From an uncultured Pseudomonadota bacterium (GTDB lineage: Bacteria; Pseudomonadota; Alphaproteobacteria; RF32; CAG-239): DNA of 34,968 bases. The notes under the pieces were generated by a model. The model was given only the letters and a program-made list of their open reading frames with translations. It was not told where the DNA came from and did no database searches. The stretch's first letter is position 1, and each line of letters starts with the position of its first letter. The DNA is taken from positions 1 to 34,968 of the forward strand of contig CASDRW010000126.1 in NCBI GenBank assembly GCA_949283275.1. Direction: 5' to 3'. The position numbers and the translations under genes were made by a program. Shown piece after piece: positions 1-6,519 of this stretch.

Positions 1-157
1 GAGGAGCAGCCAACGATTTGGCTGCGAGGCCTTTGCGGTGCAGAGTTGTTAGCGAGCCGGAAACGTCAGTGCCAACCGGCAAGCGTTACAACTCAAACTA
101 AAAGATTCCCGTTACCTGCTCCAATTCAAAAGCTCCTCATTTCAAGGAGCTTTTTTA
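1..157 (+). repeat. Dispersed structured element, copy A (truncated by the window edge). It comprises hairpin 1 (6-25), a GTTGTTAGC linker, hairpin 2 (52-84), a conserved 3' module (85-157) and an intrinsic terminator. Candidate sRNA or MITE-like repeat.
   Basis: The 3' module 85-157 is nearly identical to 2267-2340. The 5' part has the same architecture as 34880-34968, with different stem sequences (covariation). No credible ORF is present. Confidence 0.5.
128..157. terminator. Intrinsic terminator hairpin (AGCTCCT-CATTTCA-AGGAGCT plus a T-run). It may also serve convergent argE.
   Basis: A perfect 7-bp stem at 131-137/145-151 is followed by TTTTTT and preceded by AAA. argE, on the opposite strand, ends at 195. 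Confidence 0.65.
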
Positions 158-194
158 CATAATATGCCGCACAAAAAAGCGCCAATTACCTATT

Positions 195-1313
195 TTATGC
201 CCAAAACTTATTCAACTTCTCATAAAAACAAGCCAGTTGTTCCGCCTCAACAAATTCATTATCTTGATGAGCCTGAGCAATATTGCCTGAGCCACAAACA
301 ACCGTTGGCACACCCAACAATGAAAAATATCCGGCTTCCGTGGCAAAAGAAACTTTTTTATTTTTGGCAAATCCAAAACATTGTGCGGCTTTTTGCACAA
401 AATCGACTTTTTCATCCATTTCCAAAGCCGGAATATGAACTTTATTATAAAAACGAACCGAAAGACCGTTAATACTTTTAACATAGTTACAAATCTGTTT
501 TTCCAATTCATCCAAAAAAGTCTTTTCCTCTTTTTCTGACAAAAAGCGACAAGTATAAGTAAGATTTGCGGTATCAGGCATCACATTAATTGCTTTGCCG
601 CCATTTAAGATAAGGACATCGGCAACAGAATAAGGAACATCAAAATCATTGTCCCGTTTTTTGCTAAACAAAGCAGAAAGTTGATAAAAGATTTTATAAA
701 TTTCAACCGCATAAAACAAAGCATTCACCGCGGATTCCGGTGTAGAAGAATGTGCAGATTTTCCTTTGATTTCGATTGACACCGAGCTAGCGGTTTTATG
801 CCCCAAAACCACATTTGACAACGTCGGCTCCAAAACCAAGCATCCCTCTGCCTTTTTAACAAACTCCAAAGTAGCCTTATCCGCCAAAACTTCTCTAATT
901 CCGGCACCGGCGATTTCCTCATTATGTGTCAAAATAATCATAAAGCTCTTTTTTCTTCGAACAAAAGAAGGCACCAATGAAAGCATAACGGCAATACTGC
1001 CTTTCATGTCAGCAGTTCCGCGACCGAAAAACAAATTATTTTTTTGCGTCAACACAAACGGATTAGTATTCCATGCTTGACAATTAGCCGGCACAACATC
1101 CAAATGTCCGCAAAAAACAACCTTACCCTCAGATGAATTACCCGTAAAAGAAGCCACCACCGACGCTCTGGTTTTAGATTGATTATAAATCAACCGCACC
1201 GACATACCGCAATTTTTAAGATATTGCTCAACCCACGTTGCCGCCTCCAAAGTATCTTTTGAGGTTGTTGTATCAAAAGCAATCAGCTTTGCCAGGATAT
1301 CAATATATGTCAT
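195..1313 (-). CDS. argE: Acetylornithine deacetylase (M20 peptidase, ArgE)
   Basis: The 372-aa ORF carries GHLDVVP, GRGTADMKG, HKTASSVSIEIKGKSAHSS and C-terminal GSGNIAQAHQDNEFVE blocks that parallel E. coli ArgE. Its ATG lies 4 nt after the stop of the upstream GNAT gene, suggesting an operon. Confidence 0.85.
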   Translation of the reverse strand: MTYIDILAKLIAFDTTTSKDTLEAATWVEQYLKNCGMSVRLIYNQSKTRASVVASFTGNSSEGKVVFCGHLDVVPANCQAWNTNPFVLTQKNNLFFGRGTADMKGSIAVMLSLVPSFVRRKKSFMIILTHNEEIAGAGIREVLADKATLEFVKKAEGCLVLEPTLSNVVLGHKTASSVSIEIKGKSAHSSTPESAVNALFYAVEIYKIFYQLSALFSKKRDNDFDVPYSVADVLILNGGKAINVMPDTANLTYTCRFLSEKEEKTFLDELEKQICNYVKSINGLSVRFYNKVHIPALEMDEKVDFVQKAAQCFGFAKNKKVSFATEAGYFSLLGVPTVVCGSGNIAQAHQDNEFVEAEQLACFYEKLNKFWA

Positions 1314-1317
1314 ACGT

Positions 1318-1986
1318 TTACTCCCTACCGCCGCGAATATTTAATATATTATGTCTACTTTTCTCATAATGACAACATTTCAAAATATTATCAAACAACC
1401 ACAAATTAAATTTGGAGGCTTCGGCATCAGGATTTGCGGCGCCTGCGGTTTCAGCAGTATTTTGAACGAACTGCCCCACCAACTTTGCCTGCCCTATTTT
1501 TTGATAAAACTTAGCCGAAGCATCATATCCGTCCAAAGTAATAACAACACTTTTTTTATTGCCCGCCTTACTCAAAAATTTTGCCATTTCGGTCATTAAA
1601 GCCAATCCGACACCTTGATTTTGGCAATCGGGATGAATATAAAGCGTCTGAATTTCGCTCAAACTCTCCGGACTAGATTTATCACCCATAATCTCGTCAA
1701 AAAAAGCCCGTTCATCCCTATTGGTTATAAGATGACATCTGGCCACACCCAAAATACCCAATTCTGGTTTCTCAGGATCTTCAGCCACCAACAGAGCTCG
1801 CTTAGAAGGATCTTTTTCTTTCAAAGCAAACGATACATTCCAATTTCCGCGCAATATCCTTTGTGCAAATGTTGCCTGCAAAGTCTCCGAAGATAAAAAA
1901 CCGTCATAAGCCTTCATGGCTGACAAAGAATGTACCTGAACAATTTTATTTAAATCTGCTCGTTCTGCAGATCTTATCCTAATCAT
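1318..1986 (-). CDS. GNAT-family N-acetyltransferase, first gene of the GNAT-argE operon
   Basis: GNAT motif A is present (IHPDCQNQGVGLALM). I chose the ATG at 1986 (MIRIRSAERADL) because it follows a GAGAGAGG Shine-Dalgarno. The longer ORF-track start at 2046 would run into the terminator hairpin. Confidence 0.75.
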   Translation of the reverse strand: MIRIRSAERADLNKIVQVHSLSAMKAYDGFLSSETLQATFAQRILRGNWNVSFALKEKDPSKRALLVAEDPEKPELGILGVARCHLITNRDERAFFDEIMGDKSSPESLSEIQTLYIHPDCQNQGVGLALMTEMAKFLSKAGNKKSVVITLDGYDASAKFYQKIGQAKLVGQFVQNTAETAGAANPDAEASKFNLWLFDNILKCCHYEKSRHNILNIRGGRE

Positions 1987-2007
1987 ATATTTAACCTCTC
2001 TCAAAAC

Positions 2008-2040
2008 AAAAAAACAGACGGAAAACAAATTTTCCGTCTG
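2008..2040 (-). terminator. Intrinsic terminator immediately upstream of the GNAT-argE start; candidate attenuator
   Basis: On the minus strand, CAGACGGAAAA-TTTG-TTTTCCGTCTG forms an 11-bp stem followed by TTTTTTT. It lies about 20 nt before the GNAT SD/ATG, and no upstream minus-strand protein gene ends here. Confidence 0.7.
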
Positions 2041-2068
2041 TTGCACAGTAAACCCAAATAATGCTTAA

Positions 2069-2158
2069 CTATAACTTTAAGCACACGCAAACAGACCGGC
2101 ATCGACGATTAAATCGAAACTGATCAATAAGTTGCAAATGTGATAAAGTCAAAATCAT
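2069..2158 (-). CDS. Candidate 29-aa leader peptide MILTLSHLQLIDQFRFNRRCRSVCVCLKL, with 4 Arg codons among codons 15-21
   Basis: The ATG at 2158 is preceded by a GGAAGGA SD with a 5-nt spacer. The stop codon sits in the loop of hairpin 2062-2083, and the terminator follows downstream. This ORF is too short to appear in the ORF track. Confidence 0.3.
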   Translation of the reverse strand: MILTLSHLQLIDQFRFNRRCRSVCVCLKL

Positions 2159-2182
2159 ATCATTCCTTCCATAACAAAAGCA

Positions 2183-2212
2183 ATGATATCAGACAAAAAC
2201 TTCTAAAGTCAA
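2183..2212 (-). promoter_or_regulatory. Candidate sigma70 promoter for the leader/GNAT-argE transcript (TTGACT-N18-TATCAT)
   Basis: On the minus strand the -35 TTGACT is at 2207-2212 and the -10 TATCAT at 2183-2188. The SD and sORF lie just downstream. Confidence 0.3.
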
Positions 2213-2266
2213 TAGTTTTTAATTTTTTCCAATTTTTATACCAATTCAAGAAACAAGCCCATATCT

Positions 2267-2340
2267 GTTACACCTCTAAACTAAAAAATTCCCGTTACCT
2301 GCTCCAATTCAAAAGCTCCTCATTTCAAGGAGCCTTTTTA
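2267..2340 (+). repeat. Dispersed structured element, copy B (3' module only, with terminator hairpin 2315-2333 and a T-run)
   Basis: It matches 85-157 with about 4 substitutions and one 1-nt indel. No plus-strand gene lies upstream, so the terminator is orphan. Confidence 0.55.
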
Positions 2341-2362
2341 AAAAGTTTATTTACCGCTTGGC

Positions 2363-2390
2363 TTGCAATCAAAAATTTTCAATGTATAAT
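2363..2390 (+). promoter_or_regulatory. Sigma70-type promoter of the HAD gene (TTGCAA-N16-TGTATAAT)
   Basis: TTGCAA is at 2363-2368 and TATAAT at 2385-2390 with an extended -10 TG. The GGAGA SD is at 2406-2410 and the ATG at 2416. Confidence 0.55.
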
Positions 2391-2415
2391 ATGTGATATT
2401 TACACGGAGAAAATC

Positions 2416-3087
2416 ATGCTACTTATATGGGACTTTGATGGAGTTATATGTGACAGCGATGGCATCTGGGCCGATAATTGGGAGAAACTTTTATTAAGCG
2501 AAAAAAACATTTCTCTAACCCCCAAAGAGCGCCGCGATTTGCTTATCGGCATATCAGAAAAAGACAAAGCCAAACGCTTGGAACAACATTTTCCGCATCT
2601 AACAATTGATGATACATTCAAACAAAAACTCAATACTCTGCATGATTATGGTATGAAACACCTTTTGGTCTTGACCGAGGGAATAGAAGAAATTTTTAAA
2701 GATGCGCGTTTCAAGCAATGTATTGCCACCGGCGGCACCAAATACCAAAACGACACCAAAAATCATACCACCGGTATTGATAAATATTTTAATACCAACA
2801 ATTGTTTTACAGCCGATATGGTAGCAAACGGCAAACCGGCTCCCGATATTTTTCTTTTAGCTGCCAAAAAAATGCAAACTCCTGCAAACAAATGTATTGT
2901 AATAGAAGATTCGCTTGATGGTATCAAAGGAGGAAAATCTGCCGGTATGAAAGTGTTTGCCTATATTGGCGCCCAAGCCAACCACAACCCCCAATATATT
3001 CAACAATGTTTAACATCCGGAGCCGATAATATTTTTAACAACATGCAAGACCTACACTCTGCCCTAATTGCCGAACTCAACCGGTAA
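2416..3087 (+). CDS. HAD-superfamily hydrolase (subfamily IA, phosphatase/beta-phosphoglucomutase-like)
   Basis: Motif I DFDGVICDSDG immediately follows the ATG at 2416. GKPAPDIF and EDSLDGIKGGKSAGM motifs are also present. The GTG-started 315-aa version in the ORF track crosses the repeat and the promoter. Confidence 0.8.
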   Translation: MLLIWDFDGVICDSDGIWADNWEKLLLSEKNISLTPKERRDLLIGISEKDKAKRLEQHFPHLTIDDTFKQKLNTLHDYGMKHLLVLTEGIEEIFKDARFKQCIATGGTKYQNDTKNHTTGIDKYFNTNNCFTADMVANGKPAPDIFLLAAKKMQTPANKCIVIEDSLDGIKGGKSAGMKVFAYIGAQANHNPQYIQQCLTSGADNIFNNMQDLHSALIAELNR

Positions 3088-5137
3088 AAACACCATCTTC
3101 CTTCTTATTCAAAAATTCCAGATGCAACAATTGTTTTTTCACTTCATCACTCATACCCAAGCACCATCTATCATTCATAAAATTAAGAAGTTTTAACCCT
3201 CGGTCATAAATATCCTGAGCCAGCCAATCATCACTTTTTCCGTTTGCAACTTCAATCTCGGAATATGAACCTTTGCAATATCTTTCTCTCTTTTTTACAG
3301 GGAAAGCATAATTTTGCAATTTTGAATTTACACTTCTTGATAAAACCAAAAAATTTCCCAATGATGAAACAAGATGGTTCATTTCTTCTTTAGTAAATAA
3401 TTCGTAGGCTTTTTTCCAATATTCATTACTATACTCTTGTGGCAAAATATGTTCAATTGTATCCTTGTTTTGCAAGCTTTCCCAAGAAACTTTTTTATCC
3501 TCTTTATCCGCCAAATATTCTTCATATTCATACAAAAAATACGTTAGATTTTTCCAACCATAAAACCCTTTTTCATCCTCAAACAAACCGTCAATTCTTG
3601 ATGCAAAACGTACCAAAGCATCAGCCAATTTCTGATTTGTATAATATTCCAAATCATTTATTACATTATTGATGCTTATTTTTTTATAATACAAATCTTT
3701 TGCTGCGCGATAAAAATCACTACTTTTATAATTGGAAAAATATTGCGCCAACCTAAAATTAACAAATATAAAACGTTCTATTGCTTTAAAAAGATTTACT
3801 TTATCCTCTCTATTAGCTCTGGTGTCTCTAATTGCCACAGCAACCAACGGCCTAAAATAGCTTATTCCGATATGATTAAGCCTCATTATCCAATTTTTTT
3901 CTTCATTTGAAATATTATTATTTTCTTCCGGATAAAATGAATAGAACCAATATTGAACAATTTCCCGAAGACTTTTTACATACTCATTTATCTCAACAAA
4001 CGTAAGCTTTTTATGTTTTTTTTCAATTACATCCGTAACAACCTCATCATCAGTAGCATCATCAATATTTCTCTCTGGATAAATATTATCCGGCAAGGCC
4101 GATTGTACCGTGCAATTATCTGCAATCTCGTTATATACTGACTTGCAAGAAAACCTATTCAATAAAAAATCTTTATAGTCATTACCGCTTGTCCGAGTAT
4201 AAGTATAATATATAATCCAATGAGCTCTTAAAAATTCATCATCCGCAAGAAGATAATTAGTTTTTCTGCCAAGTTGATAATAAATTTCTCGCCAGGCATC
4301 ATTAATATTCCGACGTAATTGCAACCGAGTTTCTTCCGAATTTTCTCCCAAATCTTTATCCTCATATAGAGTTGTCAAATATATAAGCCTGTTTTTAAGC
4401 AACTCCAAATTTGAAAGAGACTTTCCACGATTGTTCATAGTTTCGAAAGCTACACAAACATCATAATCATCATTTATATCCTGAGTATAAAAAATAAAAT
4501 CATTTGTTAACTTGCTGTAAAGTTTGTTTATTCCCTCAATTCCGTATTGTTTGTAATAGTCTTCAACCTTATTTTTATAAAACATCTGAGCATTCTGCAA
4601 ATTTTTTGTATAGTAAGATTCTTCAATACTTCCCGGAGATCCTTCGCCAAAAATATTATATTTCAGATAATCAGAGTTAGGATTATTTTGATCATATCCG
4701 AAAATATAGACCTCACAAATTTCACCTACTTTTTGAGAAATATATTTCTTTTTAATTTCGGCAATTGTTTCACATTCCAAATCAATAAAATTATCGTCTT
4801 TATCTTTATTTTCCGGCAACGAACTCACCAATTGGATTATTGAATTCAAAAGTATCAAAAAGGTCGTCAACCTCTGTTGTCCGTCAACAACATAATAAAA
4901 CTTAAAACCGTGCTTTTTTAAAATTTTTTCATTTGCATCCCAATTTGCCAATTCTTTTTCGTCGGCAACTTTCCAAGAAATCAGGCCGGTATAATGTTTA
5001 CGGCCGGAACTCAAATTTACCAAATCTTCCCAAAAATCATTCAATTGCGGATTTTGCCAAGCATATCCTCGTTGATAATCAGGAATTCTAAAAATTTTTT
5101 TATTAAATATTTCCGAAAGCGATAAATTATTACCCAT
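3077..5137 (-). CDS. DUF262/DUF1524 two-domain nuclease (GmrSD-like, type IV restriction/defence family)
   Basis: The N-terminal ParB-like DUF262 signatures are IPDYQRGYAW and VVDGQQRLTT. The C-terminal His-Me finger DUF1524 signatures are IEHILPQ and LGNFLVLSRSVNSKLQN. A GGGGAGAG SD precedes the ATG. Confidence 0.8.
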   Translation of the reverse strand: MGNNLSLSEIFNKKIFRIPDYQRGYAWQNPQLNDFWEDLVNLSSGRKHYTGLISWKVADEKELANWDANEKILKKHGFKFYYVVDGQQRLTTFLILLNSIIQLVSSLPENKDKDDNFIDLECETIAEIKKKYISQKVGEICEVYIFGYDQNNPNSDYLKYNIFGEGSPGSIEESYYTKNLQNAQMFYKNKVEDYYKQYGIEGINKLYSKLTNDFIFYTQDINDDYDVCVAFETMNNRGKSLSNLELLKNRLIYLTTLYEDKDLGENSEETRLQLRRNINDAWREIYYQLGRKTNYLLADDEFLRAHWIIYYTYTRTSGNDYKDFLLNRFSCKSVYNEIADNCTVQSALPDNIYPERNIDDATDDEVVTDVIEKKHKKLTFVEINEYVKSLREIVQYWFYSFYPEENNNISNEEKNWIMRLNHIGISYFRPLVAVAIRDTRANREDKVNLFKAIERFIFVNFRLAQYFSNYKSSDFYRAAKDLYYKKISINNVINDLEYYTNQKLADALVRFASRIDGLFEDEKGFYGWKNLTYFLYEYEEYLADKEDKKVSWESLQNKDTIEHILPQEYSNEYWKKAYELFTKEEMNHLVSSLGNFLVLSRSVNSKLQNYAFPVKKRERYCKGSYSEIEVANGKSDDWLAQDIYDRGLKLLNFMNDRWCLGMSDEVKKQLLHLEFLNKKEDGVFTG

Positions 5138-5360
5138 AAAACTCTCCCCAACATAAAAAAGATATTTTTGCCGGCATCACATAATCCCAAACTAAATCAT
5201 CCCCGCATTTTGTATAATTTAAAGACGATTCTTTCAAACTGCAAGCATAAATTACAAACAGCTATTCTTTTATCCTTGACCTAACAAAATTATAAATTCT
5301 GTTTTTTCCCGGCAAAATCTCCTCATCCTTTTATCTTAGCTGATAAAGATTATATAAATA

Positions 5361-5389
5361 TTGACGTTTGCCAGTTGGCAAATTATAAC
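5361..5389 (+). promoter_or_regulatory. Sigma70-type promoter (TTGACG-N17-TATAAC) with a palindromic spacer, TTTGCCA-G-TTGGCAAA
   Basis: The hexamers are spaced 17 bp apart. An inverted repeat fills the spacer and could be an operator. The downstream ATG is at 5428 with an AAGGA SD. Confidence 0.45.
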
Positions 5390-5427
5390 TTATAGAAAAT
5401 ATTTTAAGAATTAAGAAGGATATAAAG

Positions 5428-6450
5428 ATGGCTTTTTCCACCAAACGCGCCCTAAAAAAGATAATTTCCTGGGCCGGATTGTTTTTCTTTGGCGTTGCCG
5501 CCTACATGCTCTATACTCAGCTCTCCAAATACAGCTTTGAGGATATTAAGGATGCACTGTTCTCGATTCCCAAGAAAAATTTCTATCTTGCCTGTTTGGC
5601 TTCTTTTATGGGCTATGTAGCCTTGTCATCTTATGACTATTTGGCTTTGCGTTATATCGGGCGCAAATTGGCTCCTTGGAAATGGATTTTTGCCGGATTT
5701 ATCGGCTTTTCGGTCAGCAACAATGCCGGCCACGCCATTGTCTCTGGCGGCACCATCCGCTATCGGCTATATACCCGTTGGCGTTTCAGGGGCACCGAGA
5801 TTGTCCGCATGGTAACTTTTTCTGGCTTTACCTACCTGGTTGCTTGTTTCTTCTTAATCATCATCGGCTATCTCATCACCCCCAACCATGCCTTTGGCGC
5901 CGGCTCGGTTTCCAAACTCACCACCGAGATTGTAGCTCTCATTTCTCTTATTGGGCTGATTGGCTATTTTGCCTTAAGCATTTGGTACAAAAAGCCGCTT
6001 ATAATCAAAGAAGTAGAGCTTGACATGCCGGGCTTCAAAATGGCCTTAGCGCAGGTAATAATCGGTGCTGCCGATATTTTGATGGCATCTTTAGTTTTGT
6101 ATTTTTCGCTTACCGCCTTTATCGACATTCCTTTTTCCACCTTCATGGGGGTATTTATCATAGCCCAGGTTTTGGGTGTTTTCAGCCAGGTTCCGGGCGG
6201 CCTTGGGGTATTTGAAGGATTGTTTATGTACATCATCCCCGGCGATCACAATCAGGCCTTGTTGTTTGGCGCATTACTTGCCTATCGCATAATTTACTAT
6301 CTGCTGCCATTGGTGCTTTCGGCAATAGTTTTATTCAGTTACGAAGGCTATCTCAAATATATCAAAAAGCAACAGCTTGAGCGGATCAAATTATTCAGGA
6401 TGCAAGAAATTGCCAAACAAGAAAAGGAAAAAGAAAAAGCTCAATCATAA
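5428..6450 (+). CDS. UPF0104 / lysyl-phosphatidylglycerol-synthase TM-region (flippase-like) membrane protein
   Basis: The protein is polytopic and hydrophobic, with GGTIRYRLY and VPGGLGVFEG motifs typical of the YbhN/MprF N-terminal family. No C-terminal synthase domain is present. Confidence 0.65.
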   Translation: MAFSTKRALKKIISWAGLFFFGVAAYMLYTQLSKYSFEDIKDALFSIPKKNFYLACLASFMGYVALSSYDYLALRYIGRKLAPWKWIFAGFIGFSVSNNAGHAIVSGGTIRYRLYTRWRFRGTEIVRMVTFSGFTYLVACFFLIIIGYLITPNHAFGAGSVSKLTTEIVALISLIGLIGYFALSIWYKKPLIIKEVELDMPGFKMALAQVIIGAADILMASLVLYFSLTAFIDIPFSTFMGVFIIAQVLGVFSQVPGGLGVFEGLFMYIIPGDHNQALLFGALLAYRIIYYLLPLVLSAIVLFSYEGYLKYIKKQQLERIKLFRMQEIAKQEKEKEKAQS

Positions 6451-6467
6451 TTCCGCTGTTTGCTCTA

Positions 6468-6505
6468 AAACAAAATCCCCAAGCAACCTCGGGGATTTTG
6501 TTTTA
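6468..6505. terminator. Bidirectional intrinsic terminator between convergent genes
   Basis: CAAAATCCCC-loop-GGGGATTTTG is flanked by A and T runs. Confidence 0.75.
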
Positions 6506-6519
6506 AACAAACGCCTCTC

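Noticed and set aside
45-94. Integron attC-like site (GTTAGC...imperfect palindrome...GCGTTAC).
   Set aside because: The order and orientation of the core-like sequences do not match RYYYAAC...GTTRRRY. No intI gene or cassette array is present.
1-125. Possible tmRNA or SRP RNA 3' portion. GCC AAC GAT reads Ala-Asn-Asp like a tmRNA tag start, GAGCAGCC resembles the SRP domain IV GGAAGCAGCC, and ...CTGCTCCA resembles a tmRNA acceptor end.
   Set aside because: No properly terminated short tag frame follows the AND codons, which lie inside a perfect hairpin. No T-arm 5' strand is present, and the SRP tetraloop/symmetric-loop context is absent. The element is multicopy, with a diverged paralogue at 34880, unlike single-copy ssrA or ffs.
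164-511. ORFs 164-472 (+) and 212-511 (-) overlapping the 3' part of argE.
   Set aside because: They overlap a well-supported ArgE frame and have no motifs or SD.
2140-2415. The GTG-started N-terminal extension that turns the HAD gene into a 315-aa ORF.
   Set aside because: The extension reads through repeat copy B, its terminator hairpin and a good TTGCAA-N16-TATAAT promoter. The HAD motif I (DFDGV) directly follows the ATG at 2416, which has a GGAGA SD.
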